A DNA stretch of 64,000 nucleotides from a bacterium (GTDB lineage: Bacteria > Patescibacteriota > Minisyncoccia > UBA6257 > GWB1-50-10), in NCBI GenBank assembly GCA_021814165.1, contig JAKAIX010000003.1:14551-78550 (forward strand). Reading direction: 5' to 3'. This document shows, in pieces, positions 9,548-21,360 of the stretch. Made by a program: the position numbers and the translations under genes. Under the pieces are notes generated by a model. It did no database searches. It saw only the letters and a list, made by a program, of their open reading frames with translations, and was not told the DNA's origin. How positions within the stretch are numbered: position 1 is the first letter of the stretch; each line of letters begins with the position of its first letter.

Positions 9548-9831
9548 AGATGTGTTTTTGCTTCTGCGCCGCGTTCCCTCTCGCTCGGGCGCTTGCTTAC
9601 AAAACATACAAACCGGGGAAGATGAACGTGTTTTGGAAGCATGCCGAGGAGTTCACGACGAGGGGCCATCTTATCCATTTGGCCGGTCTTACCCTCGTTC
9701 GAAGGAACGCGGCGCGAATTACTTGTTGTTATGGTTATTTCCTTCCTCGCGAAGTTCTTACCTTCTGTGATACAATGAACGAAGGAGTAATTTGATGGTC
9801 TCTCGTTTTGATGTAATAGGTATATATTGGT

Positions 9832-10908
9832 ATGGCAATCGATTTTAAGGAGAAGTTGAACGAGTTACTGCTCGAAACGGCGAAGCAAAACGCCTCCGAC
9901 ATCCATATCGCGGTAGGAAGACGCCCCACAATCAGGGTGGACAGCGTGCTTATTCCTCTCCCGAACGAGCCGATACTTACTAAAGAAGAAGCCGAGGGAA
10001 TCGTTTTTGCGCTTCTGACCGAAGAACAGAAAAAGACGTTCTTAAACGACCGCCAGCTCGATTTTTCTTTCAACTACGAAGACAAAGCGCGTTTTCGCGT
10101 AAACACTTATTTCCAGCGCGGATTTGTCGCCGCGGCGCTCCGGCTTATTCCAGCGCAGATCAAGACGCTTGAGGAGCTGAATATGCCGCCTCTTCTCCAC
10201 GATTTCGCGAAGATGAATCAGGGCTTCGTATTGGTGGTGGGGCCGGCTGGGCACGGAAAATCCACGACGCTTGCGGCGCTCTTGGATGAGATCAATCACA
10301 AGAGAAACGATCATATTATCACCGTTGAGGATCCGATAGAATATATTTTTTCGCAGGACAGATGTATTGTTTCGCAGAGAGAAGTCGGCATGGACACTCA
10401 TTCGTTCCATGACGCGCTTCGCGCCATTCTCCGGCAGGATCCCGATGTTATCATGGTAGGAGAAATGCGCGACCCGGAGACGATCGCGACGGCCATGACC
10501 GCCGCCGAGACGGGACACCTGGTATTTTCCACGCTCCATACCAACTCCGCGTCGCAGACGATCGACCGCATTATCGACAGCTTCCCGCCGAATCAGCAGG
10601 GACAAATTGTTTCCCAGCTCGCCTCGACTTTGGTTGCAATCGTTTCGGAGCGTCTCATTCCCCGAATCGGCGGAGGGAGAATTCCCGCAACCGAGATCAT
10701 GCTCGCGAATCCGGCGATACGGAATCTTATCCGGGAGAAAAAGATTTATCAGATCGATCTCGTGATAGAAACGAGCGTACAAGAGGGGATGATGTCCCTG
10801 AACCGATCGCTCGTAAGTCTGGTGCGGAGGAAAGAAGTGGCGCTTGATCAAGCGGAAACCTTTTCTCTGAATCCTGCGGAGTTGAGAATTCTCCTTGAAA
10901 GGAGTTAA
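9832..10908 (+). CDS. pilT: twitching motility ATPase PilT
   Basis: 358 aa with Walker A GPAGHGKSTT, the His-box region FSTLHTNSA, and PilT/PilU family length. Confidence 0.9.
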   Translation: MAIDFKEKLNELLLETAKQNASDIHIAVGRRPTIRVDSVLIPLPNEPILTKEEAEGIVFALLTEEQKKTFLNDRQLDFSFNYEDKARFRVNTYFQRGFVAAALRLIPAQIKTLEELNMPPLLHDFAKMNQGFVLVVGPAGHGKSTTLAALLDEINHKRNDHIITVEDPIEYIFSQDRCIVSQREVGMDTHSFHDALRAILRQDPDVIMVGEMRDPETIATAMTAAETGHLVFSTLHTNSASQTIDRIIDSFPPNQQGQIVSQLASTLVAIVSERLIPRIGGGRIPATEIMLANPAIRNLIREKKIYQIDLVIETSVQEGMMSLNRSLVSLVRRKEVALDQAETFSLNPAELRILLERS

Positions 10909-10928
10909 AGAATTTCAAAGAAAAGCGT

Positions 10929-12137
10929 ATGGCGAAGTTTAATTACAAAGCGCGCACGAAAGACGGAGGACTTCAGGTGGGGAACGTGGAGGCATCGAGC
11001 CGCGACACGGCTTTGAGCATTCTTCTAAGCCACCAGCTTTTCGTGCTGAGCCTGGAACCCGTGGTCGAAGACAACTGGTACACGCGCGTACTCGATTTCT
11101 TCAAACGGGTGAAGACGCAGGATCTCATGATTTTTACCAGGCAGTTTTCAACGCTTCTCGCATCCCAGGTGCCGCTCTCGGACAGCTTGGCAAATCTCTA
11201 CAAGCAGACGACGAAGCCGGTTCTCAAGGAGGCGTTGTATGAGATCGCAAACGATGTTGATGCGGGATTTTCGCTTTCCCAGGCGCTCGAGCGTCATCAC
11301 GGGATATTCTCCGAGTTTTACGTGAACATGATCAAGTCCGCGGAAGTGACGGGGCGTTTGAGCGAAGTGTTAAGTTTCCTTGCGGATTATCTCGAGAAGC
11401 AGGCGACGCTCGTTTCCAAGGTAAAGAACGCGCTTACCTACCCCGCGTTCGTGATCGTGCTCTTCGTGGTCGTGGTGATTGTGATGGTTACAATGGTGTT
11501 CCCGCAAATTCTCCCGATTTTCAACGAATCGAAAGTCGAGCTTCCCTTCCTTACGAAGGTGCTTTTGGGAGTGAGCACGTTCATGGCAAACTGGTGGTGG
11601 GTACTCTTGATCGCCTTCGGGGTGGCTGTCGTGCTTCTCGTCGATTATTTTCAAACGAACGAAGGAAAAGCGGTGCTGGACACCCTTTCCCTGAAGGTGC
11701 CGGTTTTGGGACCGATGTTCCAAAAGCTTTATATCGCGCGGTTTGCCGAGTCGGCGCGAGTGCTCATAAAAGGAGGTCTTACCATTCCGCAGGCGGTTGA
11801 GATTTCTTCCCACACGATAGGAAACGTGGTGTATCAAGAACGGCTTCATGAAGCGGCGGAACAGGTGCGGAAAGGGAAGCTGCTCTCGCAAACCCTGATA
11901 GGACTCGAAGAGTTCCCCCCGCTCGTGGGGCAGCTTATTAGCGTGGGAGAATCGACCGGCCGTCTTGAGGATCTCCTGGGGAAGGTGACCGACTTCTATA
12001 GCCGCGAGGTGGACGATATGGTGAACAATCTCGTGACCCTGATCCAGCCGATCCTTATGGTTATTATCGGAGGAGTAATCGCGGCACTTTTTGCCTCTAT
12101 TCTTCTTCCGATCTACAGTCTGTCCCAGTCGTTCTAA
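10929..12137 (+). CDS. pilC: type IV pilus inner-membrane platform protein PilC (GspF family)
   Basis: Two GspF-type repeats with three TM segments and 402 aa length. Confidence 0.85.
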   Translation: MAKFNYKARTKDGGLQVGNVEASSRDTALSILLSHQLFVLSLEPVVEDNWYTRVLDFFKRVKTQDLMIFTRQFSTLLASQVPLSDSLANLYKQTTKPVLKEALYEIANDVDAGFSLSQALERHHGIFSEFYVNMIKSAEVTGRLSEVLSFLADYLEKQATLVSKVKNALTYPAFVIVLFVVVVIVMVTMVFPQILPIFNESKVELPFLTKVLLGVSTFMANWWWVLLIAFGVAVVLLVDYFQTNEGKAVLDTLSLKVPVLGPMFQKLYIARFAESARVLIKGGLTIPQAVEISSHTIGNVVYQERLHEAAEQVRKGKLLSQTLIGLEEFPPLVGQLISVGESTGRLEDLLGKVTDFYSREVDDMVNNLVTLIQPILMVIIGGVIAALFASILLPIYSLSQSF

Positions 12138-12194
12138 TACTAATATGATATAATGAAGAGTGATACAAATGGTCGATATTTTCTAAAAAAACAA

Positions 12195-12614
12195 ATGAGA
12201 ACAAACAACAAAGGTTTTACCCTTATCGAAATGCTTGTCGTGATCGCGATGATCGGGCTCTTGTCGGCGGTAGTATTGGTCGCTCTCGGGCCTTCGAGAA
12301 ACAAGGCGAAGGATACGAGAATCATCTCGGATATCCAACAGATTCGGTCGGTTGCGGAGACGCGCTATAATCCGACGACGAATACCTACGCGATAACGGC
12401 GGTTACCGCATGCAACGCCGATAGCGGTTCCACCGACATTAATACCGCCTTGAAGGATATCGATACCAATAACGGAAGCGCGTGTACTATCAATCTTACT
12501 GCGAATAGCAACGGGTATGCCGTGTCGGCAAAAACCGCATCGGGTAATAATTACTGCGTGGACAGCACCGGGAAGGTGGCATCAAGCACTGCGGCAGCGG
12601 GGATATGTCCGTAA
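12195..12614 (+). CDS. pilA: type IV pilin (prepilin, class III signal peptide)
   Basis: The leader MRTNNKG is followed by FTLIEMLVVIAMIGLL, a G|FTLIE N-methyl-Phe motif with Glu+5. An alternative upstream ATG at 12153 is abutted by a -10 box. Confidence 0.8.
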   Translation: MRTNNKGFTLIEMLVVIAMIGLLSAVVLVALGPSRNKAKDTRIISDIQQIRSVAETRYNPTTNTYAITAVTACNADSGSTDINTALKDIDTNNGSACTINLTANSNGYAVSAKTASGNNYCVDSTGKVASSTAAAGICP

Positions 12615-12729
12615 CGGACGGTGAGAAAAATAAGCGGGCGTCTTTCGAGAGGCGCTCGTTTTTTTCTTACTACGCAATGAAGTCGCTATCGGCTACGGCA
12701 TGTCTGTTGGGTTCATGTGATGTGGTATA

Positions 12730-13182
12730 ATGGAAGATATGAAAAATAACAAAGCTTTCACGTTGATTGAAATGCTCGTCGTCGTTGCCGTCATCGGGCT
12801 TCTTTCATCCGTACTCCTTACGGCTCTTGGCCCCGCGAAGGATAGAGCGAAGGACTCGAGAATCATCCAGGAAATAAATCAGGTGCGATCGCTTGCGGAG
12901 ACGATGTATAACGGCACGTACGCTACGCTGGAGACGCTTCCATCGCCTTCCATTCAGAATCCTAATTTGAAATCGCTTGCGGATGACATCACGGCGCAGG
13001 GGGGAGAACTTAACATAATCAAAGGGCCGGCCCCTTCCACGACCTATGTCGCATATTCGCGTCTCAATATCACGGCGGGGAATCCTTCGGTCCCCCAGGT
13101 GCAATTTTATTGTACGGACAGCGGCGGCAGATCGGGTTTCACGATAACCGAACCGAGTAACGGAGTAAAGTGCCCTCTCTAA
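12730..13182 (+). CDS. second type IV pilin paralog (Ala at -1 of cleavage site)
   Basis: KNNKA|FTLIEMLVVVAVIGLL is a pilin N-terminus with Ala instead of the canonical Gly before Phe+1. Confidence 0.8.
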   Translation: MEDMKNNKAFTLIEMLVVVAVIGLLSSVLLTALGPAKDRAKDSRIIQEINQVRSLAETMYNGTYATLETLPSPSIQNPNLKSLADDITAQGGELNIIKGPAPSTTYVAYSRLNITAGNPSVPQVQFYCTDSGGRSGFTITEPSNGVKCPL

Positions 13183-13197
13183 ACGGTTTCATACGCC

Positions 13198-14094
13198 ATG
13201 GTAACCATCGCGCTTCTTTTTATATTCGGGCTCGCGATAGGAAGTTTCTTGAATGTTGTGGTGTTTCGTTATACGCCCGAGAGAACGGTTTTTGACGGGA
13301 AACGGCTCGGGGGAAGATCTCGATGTCCGCACTGCGGGCACGTACTCGGCGCGGGAGAGCTTGTGCCGATAGTGAGTTTTTTTATCCAGAAAGGAAGATG
13401 CCGATCGTGCGGGCATCGTCTTTCCCTGCAATACCCGCTTGTCGAGCTCGCAAGTGCGGCGGTTTTCGCGTTCGTGCCGCTTTTCCTGAACGCCGCGTAC
13501 GGCATGAGCGGAGCGACGTTCTTCTCCGCGGGAGCGCCACTCTGGTATTACTGCCTTGTTGCGGCATGGGTGCTCGCGATTATAACGTGGATCGTAATTA
13601 CCGCCATCGATCTCCGTCATTACGTGATTCCGAACGAGTTAAACGCTTTTCTTTTAATATTGGGGGTTTGCGGCACGGCGCTTCTCTCCGCGTATCGCGG
13701 GGGCATCTTTCCGTTTCGGATATCGTTTCTCCGGAATTTCGCGCTCCTCTTCTCGTTCTCGGACAATGTCGTTTCGAACCACGTGGCGGGCATGATATTC
13801 GGCGGATTGTTCTTCGCGCTTCTCGTGTTCTTAAGCAGAGGAAAAGGCATGGGGTTCGGCGACGTGAAGCTCGCATTCGCATCCGGGCTTATCCTTGGTT
13901 GGCCCGATATCGCGCTTGCAACGATGCTCTCCTTCATATTGGGAGGAGCTTTCGGAGGAATTCTTATTCTCGCGGGAGCAAAAACGATGAAAGACAAAAT
14001 TCCTTTCGCGCCCTTCCTTGTGCTCGGGTTTCTGCTTACCATATTCTTCGGGCACGCGATAGTGGGAGGATATCTCCGGATATTCGGATTATAA
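13198..14094 (+). CDS. pilD: prepilin peptidase PilD (A24 family)
   Basis: The N-terminal C-x2-C...C-x2-C zinc motif (CPHCGH...CRSCGH) and a multi-TM body with aspartyl-protease regions fit A24. Confidence 0.85.
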   Translation: MVTIALLFIFGLAIGSFLNVVVFRYTPERTVFDGKRLGGRSRCPHCGHVLGAGELVPIVSFFIQKGRCRSCGHRLSLQYPLVELASAAVFAFVPLFLNAAYGMSGATFFSAGAPLWYYCLVAAWVLAIITWIVITAIDLRHYVIPNELNAFLLILGVCGTALLSAYRGGIFPFRISFLRNFALLFSFSDNVVSNHVAGMIFGGLFFALLVFLSRGKGMGFGDVKLAFASGLILGWPDIALATMLSFILGGAFGGILILAGAKTMKDKIPFAPFLVLGFLLTIFFGHAIVGGYLRIFGL

Positions 14095-14180
14095 GTGATA
14101 TGACGGTAACGCGGCGGTGGTACCACGGTGACGCGGCCGTTTTCTACTGTATCGCTGTCGCGTTCCCTGCTATAATTTTG

Positions 14181-14699
14181 ATGATGAGGCGGAACGGCAA
14201 CCGGAAAGGATTTTCTCTTATTGAAACACTTATCGTGGTGGCCATCCTGGCGATACTTTCGTCCATGCTTCTCGCATACAACAACTCGAGCACGGGCCGC
14301 GTGGCGCTTTTTAGCGATCAGGCGACCGTTGCGGGCGTGCTTGAACGGGCGAAGTCGCTCGCACTCGAGAAATGGAGAAACGGAAACAATTCCGCGTGTG
14401 CGTTCGGGGTGCACTTCGACAAAGCGGCCGGCGCCTTCTTTCTGTACCAAAGCATGCCGCGATCGCCGCTTCCTGACCCGTGCAAGGACTTGGACAGGAG
14501 TTTCATGTCGGGAGACGTGGTATTACAGGAGTTGAAGCTTTCCGGGGCTGTTGAATTTCTTGTTGCGCCGGATAACGTCTATTTCGTTCCTCCATATCTT
14601 GATACGTACGGGACGGGCATCGTATCGTTGAGGATAAAAGGCACGACGGATACCTCATCCGTCACTATAAGCGCCGGAGGAGCCATTACTTCGAGCTAG
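14181..14699 (+). CDS. minor pseudopilin (GspH/FimT-like)
   Basis: MMRRNGNRKG|FSLIETLIVVAILAIL is a prepilin N-terminus. The ORF track merges it into a spurious 458-aa frame overlapping pilD. Confidence 0.6.
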   Translation: MMRRNGNRKGFSLIETLIVVAILAILSSMLLAYNNSSTGRVALFSDQATVAGVLERAKSLALEKWRNGNNSACAFGVHFDKAAGAFFLYQSMPRSPLPDPCKDLDRSFMSGDVVLQELKLSGAVEFLVAPDNVYFVPPYLDTYGTGIVSLRIKGTTDTSSVTISAGGAITSS

Positions 14700-14703
14700 A
14701 TTT

Positions 14704-15219
14704 ATGATGCAACGATTTTTGAAAATAACACGGGAAGAGAAGGGAAGTTTAATGATAGAGTCGATGGTCGCGACTACGCTGGTCGTGATCGGCATTTTGG
14801 GAATCATGTCGCTTCTTTCCAGATCCGCCAACTTAAGTCATTATGCGTCGCATAGTTTCCAGGCGACGTATCTCGCGGCCGAGGGAATCGAGGTGGTAAA
14901 GAATATTCTTGACACCGATATATCGAGAAATATGCAATGGGGCACGAGCATGCAAGGCGCGGCTTCGCCGCTTTGCGTGTATTACAACACCGTCACTAAT
15001 CTGGATTTAGCGTCATGCGCCGGCGGGGAAGGAATTGCATATGCCCCTTCAGCAGGCCTCTTTCTTGGTCCGAATTCCGGGGCGCTCTTCAAAAGAGAAG
15101 TCACGGTAACCGAGACGGGCGGCGTGTATGATGTTATATCCACAGTCAGTTGGAAGGAGGGAAGCGAGCAGAAGTCGGTTGTGCTTGAAGACACGTTTTA
15201 TCCGTGGAGAACGCAATGA
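14704..15219 (+). CDS. minor pseudopilin (PilV-like)
   Basis: EEKGS|LMIESMVATTLVVIGILGI is a degenerate prepilin motif followed by a hydrophobic helix. Confidence 0.5.
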   Translation: MMQRFLKITREEKGSLMIESMVATTLVVIGILGIMSLLSRSANLSHYASHSFQATYLAAEGIEVVKNILDTDISRNMQWGTSMQGAASPLCVYYNTVTNLDLASCAGGEGIAYAPSAGLFLGPNSGALFKREVTVTETGGVYDVISTVSWKEGSEQKSVVLEDTFYPWRTQ

Positions 15220-15779
15220 TTGCTATGAAGAAAATATTACAACGAGTGGGAGGGTTCACAATTGTCGAGCTAATCGTCGCGATGGGACTTTTTGCGGTCC
15301 TGACCGCGATCGCGGTCGCGGCGTTCACACAAGCGCTCCGGAGCGAGCGGCGGCTTACCTCGACGATGAGCATGGATGCAAATGCGAGTATCGCACTGGA
15401 AGAGATGGCTCGCGAGATACGGACCGGATACAACTTTCCCCCCGCGGGATCATACCCCTCACTTCCTTTCGTTTCTTCCCAGAACAAAGGAACGGCGGTG
15501 AGCTATGCGCTCGACGGAAACGGTGCAATCACGAGAAATGGTTCCCCTATAACCTCGGGGAACGTGCGGGTGTCAATGTTGAATTTTATCATCACCCAAG
15601 ACAACCCCCCCTGCGATCCGTGGCGCGTTACGATAGTGATGACGATAAGCCAGAAATCCCCATCTGACTACGCGGGCGACGTACCGATCCAGACAACGGT
15701 GAGCTCGAGAATTCTTCCGCGCGAAGTTCCTTTTAAAGACAAGGCGAGTGCACCTACGCTTATCATGAACTGCAAATAG
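15204..15779 (+). CDS. minor pseudopilin (PilW-like)
   Basis: QRVGG|FTIVELIVAMGLFAVL is a canonical prepilin motif. Confidence 0.6.
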   Translation: MENAMIAMKKILQRVGGFTIVELIVAMGLFAVLTAIAVAAFTQALRSERRLTSTMSMDANASIALEEMAREIRTGYNFPPAGSYPSLPFVSSQNKGTAVSYALDGNGAITRNGSPITSGNVRVSMLNFIITQDNPPCDPWRVTIVMTISQKSPSDYAGDVPIQTTVSSRILPREVPFKDKASAPTLIMNCK

Positions 15780-15781
15780 CC

Positions 15782-18261
<2,480 letters not shown>

Positions 18262-18398
18262 AACGCGGCGTGTGTCCTCAAAAAATCACATATGTGAGAT
18301 TTTGAGTACATAGCCGTTTTTGTGTGAGCAAAGACAATCCCGTTTCTTATTAAAAACCAATTTGGCATACACGCGCACCTCACGTATAATGCTTGGGT

Positions 18399-18710
18399 AT
18401 GAAGCGCGAAGAGTTGGAAAAACTGGCGGAACTCGCAAGAATCGAACTCCACTCCGAGGAGGAAGAACGGCTCCAGAGAGACATGGAGAACATACTCAAC
18501 TATTTTAAAGAACTTCAGGAGCTTCCGACGGAAGACGTTCTTCCCGTTGCGGGAGGCACGTCGTTTTCGAACGTGTTTCGCGAAGACGTTCCGGGAGAGG
18601 GCATGGATGGCGAGGCCGCGCGCACGGCGTTCCCTGAAACGGAGGACGGGTTTCTTAAGGTGCCGCCGGTGTTCTCAGCAGAAGGCGGATCCTCCTCCGG
18701 AGGAGAGTAA
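18399..18710 (+). CDS. gatC: Asp/Glu-tRNA amidotransferase subunit C
   Basis: Small acidic protein (LAELARIELHSEEEERLQRDMENILNYFKEL) immediately upstream of gatA. A TATAAT box ends 4 nt before the ATG at 18393 (so ~10 nt before the 18399 start used here), so the mRNA is probably leaderless. Confidence 0.8.
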   Translation: MKREELEKLAELARIELHSEEEERLQRDMENILNYFKELQELPTEDVLPVAGGTSFSNVFREDVPGEGMDGEAARTAFPETEDGFLKVPPVFSAEGGSSSGGE

Positions 18711-18712
18711 TT

Positions 18713-20167
18713 ATGAACTTAAAAGAACTTACCATTGCATCGTTGCATGAGAACTTGGTGAAGAAGACATTCTCCGCCCGCGAAGTAACGCGCGATTTTT
18801 TGGATACTGTTCGTGCGGAAGACGAAAAAATCGGAGCGTATCTTTCCGTGTTGGAAGATAGCGCTCTGGAGCAGGCGGATTGCGTCGACTCGATGATTAA
18901 GGAGGGAAAAGAAATCGGCCCTCTCGCGGGAGTCCCGCTTGCGATCAAGGATAATATGCTCATCAAGGGGACGCGTACGACTGCGGCATCGAAAATATTG
19001 GAGCGCTATGAGGCGAGTTACGACGCGGAAGTCATTAAGAAGTTAAAGAAAGAAAATGCCATCTTTCTCGGGAAAACGAATTTGGATGAATTTGCGATGG
19101 GCGCCTCGACTGAGAATTCGGGATTTCACATGACAAAAAATCCGCACGACCTCAAGCGCGTCGCCGGAGGATCATCGGGCGGATCCGCCGCCGCGGTTGC
19201 GGCGCATATGGCACTCGCCGCGCTGGGGTCCGACACGGGGGGATCCGTCCGCCAACCATCGGCATTCTGCGGCGTGGTGGGAATGAAACCAACCTACGGT
19301 GCGGTTTCGCGATCGGGTTTGATCGCAATGGCGTCAAGCCTGGATCAAATAGGGCCGATTACAAAGACGGTTGAGGACGCAGAGATTCTTTTTTCCGCGA
19401 TACGAGGGAACGACACGTACGATGCGACGAGCGCGGAAGATAAAGCTATTCACGAGTTTCGCGAGCTTCCGTCCGAGGCGGTAAAGAAACTAAAAATAGG
19501 GGTTCCGAAGGAATTTTTCGTCGATGGAATGGATAGTAGGGTAACGCATGCCGTTGAGGAGGCGATTGCCCGCTTGAAAACCCTCGGATTTACCTTTAAA
19601 GAAATCAGCTTGCCGCATTCGAAGTATGCGCTCGCGGTATATTACATCATCATGCCTGCGGAGGTATCATCGAATCTCGCGCGGTTCGAAGGAATGCGTT
19701 ACCCGGGAATTACGGAGGTGAGGCGCGAAGTGAATAACCTGAGAGATTTATATTTTAAGACGAGAGGGGAAGGATTCGGTGCCGAACCTAGGAGAAGAGT
19801 CCTCCTCGGAACATACGTACTCTCCGCGGGATATTACGACGCATACTATGCGAAAGCTCAAAAAGTGCGGCGGCTCATCAGAAACGATTTTGAAAAAGCG
19901 TTTCGTAGTGTTGACGTAATCCTCGCGCCCGTTACGCCGACGCCGGCGTTTGCAATAGGGGAAAAAGCTTCCAATCCGCTTGAGATGTACCTTTCCGACA
20001 TCTTCACGGTACAGGCGAATCTTGCGGGTCTTCCAGGGATTTCCATTCCGGTAAAGAAATATACGGTAGGAAGCGGCGAGTTGCCGGTCGGGTTTCAACT
20101 CGTAGGCAAGTCGTTTCACGAGCGCGATCTTTTCGGAATAGGGAAGTTATATCAAAGGGAGGAATAG
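18713..20167 (+). CDS. gatA: Asp/Glu-tRNA amidotransferase subunit A (amidase)
   Basis: The amidase signature GGSSGGSAAAVAA and Ser-cisSer-Lys triad context are present. Length 484 aa. Confidence 0.9.
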   Translation: MNLKELTIASLHENLVKKTFSAREVTRDFLDTVRAEDEKIGAYLSVLEDSALEQADCVDSMIKEGKEIGPLAGVPLAIKDNMLIKGTRTTAASKILERYEASYDAEVIKKLKKENAIFLGKTNLDEFAMGASTENSGFHMTKNPHDLKRVAGGSSGGSAAAVAAHMALAALGSDTGGSVRQPSAFCGVVGMKPTYGAVSRSGLIAMASSLDQIGPITKTVEDAEILFSAIRGNDTYDATSAEDKAIHEFRELPSEAVKKLKIGVPKEFFVDGMDSRVTHAVEEAIARLKTLGFTFKEISLPHSKYALAVYYIIMPAEVSSNLARFEGMRYPGITEVRREVNNLRDLYFKTRGEGFGAEPRRRVLLGTYVLSAGYYDAYYAKAQKVRRLIRNDFEKAFRSVDVILAPVTPTPAFAIGEKASNPLEMYLSDIFTVQANLAGLPGISIPVKKYTVGSGELPVGFQLVGKSFHERDLFGIGKLYQREE

Positions 20168-20202
20168 GAAAAAAAACCGCTCATTCGAGCGGTTTCTTTT
20201 TT

Positions 20203-20280
20203 TGGCGCAGTGGACGGGAGTTGAACCCGCGATCTCCGCCGTGACAGGGCGGCGCTTTAGACCAACTAAGCTACCACTGC
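20203..20280 (-). tRNA. tRNA-Asp (GTC), CCA encoded
   Basis: Cloverleaf on the reverse complement: acceptor gcagtgg/ccactgc, anticodon stem ccgcc/ggcgg with loop CTGTCAC, T-loop ttcaact, discriminator G. Confidence 0.85.
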
Positions 20281-20314
20281 ACTATTTCTGGTCTTTAGTG
20301 TAGCAAATGAAGAG

Positions 20315-21016
20315 TTATTTTGACAAACTGCCCTTAGTTAAAGAGAGCACAGCATCACGTAATCCCAAGACCTTATATTGAAGACGGGAGCTTTTTCTTA
20401 CTCGGATAACCAGGGTGCCAAAATGATTAAAAAAATTATCATATACTTTCTTATTTTTGGATTTTATAAAAATCGTTTTGTTGAATTGTCTTTTTGGTAC
20501 CCCGGTGATACGTGACCAGTGGAATAGTAACTCCTTTTCTCTTTGTGAGTGAATATTATTGATCATAACATTCAGGATTAAATCTCCTTTCTTCACCTTT
20601 AGTATTTTTATAAGCCAGAGGAGTGCGAGACGAACGAGCTCAGGGTTGGAATTGGTAAGTTGGAATTTATGTCCGCTTTTGTTTCCTTCTCCCAGATGGA
20701 GACCTATTCCCAGCATTAATAAATCGCGACCATCTACTTTCCGAACAATTTGTGTGCCTTCTTTTTGATACTCTTCCATAAGATGCATTTTCTTTTCTCT
20801 TTGCATCCTTGCCCCAAGCAATCTACCTTTATGTCCGCCTTCCACCATTCGACGCCTTAAGTTTTCCAGTTGTCCTTTCGTGAGAACTATATCTGTACAC
20901 CAAGCACTTGCAGTACTCTTCGAAATTCTTAGCTTGTCCGCAATTTCTTTTATGCTTGATCCCTTTCTCCTCATTTCCGATGCGAGTATTTTTTCTCTTG
21001 ATTTTGCCATAGTCAA
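20315..21016 (-). CDS. low-GC HTH protein with LAGLIDADG-like motif (putative free-standing homing-endonuclease-like / mobile gene)
   Basis: The N-terminus has a resolvase-type HTH (GSSIKEIADKLRISKSTASAWC). The body carries LLMLGIGLHLGEGNKS followed by a hydrophobic helix, resembling a LAGLIDADG core. The locus is markedly AT-rich versus flanking DNA and wedged between tRNA-Asp and tRNA-Met. Confidence 0.5.
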   Translation of the reverse strand: MTMAKSREKILASEMRRKGSSIKEIADKLRISKSTASAWCTDIVLTKGQLENLRRRMVEGGHKGRLLGARMQREKKMHLMEEYQKEGTQIVRKVDGRDLLMLGIGLHLGEGNKSGHKFQLTNSNPELVRLALLWLIKILKVKKGDLILNVMINNIHSQREKELLFHWSRITGVPKRQFNKTIFIKSKNKKVYDNFFNHFGTLVIRVRKSSRLQYKVLGLRDAVLSLTKGSLSK

Positions 21017-21121
21017 ACAACCAGAATAGTGCTTACATTATACCACAGCGGAGGTACGTTTTCTGATTGCCAACGGTTTAATAATTCCTTCTTGGAGGTT
21101 TCTAGAAAGACTGGCTTTTAG

Positions 21122-21195
21122 TACCGGGGGTGGGAATCGGACCCACGACCTCAACTTTATGAGTGTTGCGCTCTAACCAACTGAGCTACCCCGGC
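21122..21195 (-). tRNA. tRNA-Met or tRNA-Ile2 (CAT anticodon), elongator type
   Basis: Reverse complement gives gccgggg-ta-gctc-agttggtta-gagc, anticodon loop ctCATaa, T-arm gtggg-tccgatt-cccac. The 31:39 A-A mismatch and an unusual UCC in the T-loop are noted. Confidence 0.65.
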
Positions 21196-21272
21196 GTACT
21201 TGAAGTATATCGTGCCTCTTTCCAATGCGTCAATAAAATTGTCTTTTGTGGATATTTCTGATACTATATGCG

Positions 21273-21345
21273 CGCGGGGAGGAGCAACTGGTCGCTCGTT
21301 TGGCTCATAACCAAAAGGCTGCGGGTTCGAATCCCGCCCCCGCAA
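21273..21345 (+). tRNA. initiator tRNA-fMet (CAT)
   Basis: Acceptor CGCGGGG with a C1-A72 mismatch. The sequence closely parallels E. coli tRNA-fMet (ggagca...gctcataacc...ggttcgaatcc...cccccgcaa). CCA is not encoded. Confidence 0.7.
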
Positions 21346-21360
21346 CAAATAAGGTTAAAA

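Noticed and set aside
13323-14699. 458-aa ORF spanning pilD and the first pseudopilin in one frame
   Set aside because: It runs through the pilD coding region in a different frame (a high-GC open-frame artefact). Only its last ~170 codons, from MMRRNGNRKGFSLIETL (14181 on), form a credible prepilin-type gene.
21268-21360. N-terminal extension of pheS proposed by the ORF track
   Set aside because: The extension is read straight through the initiator tRNA-fMet gene (21273-21345). The genuine start is the ATG at 21361.
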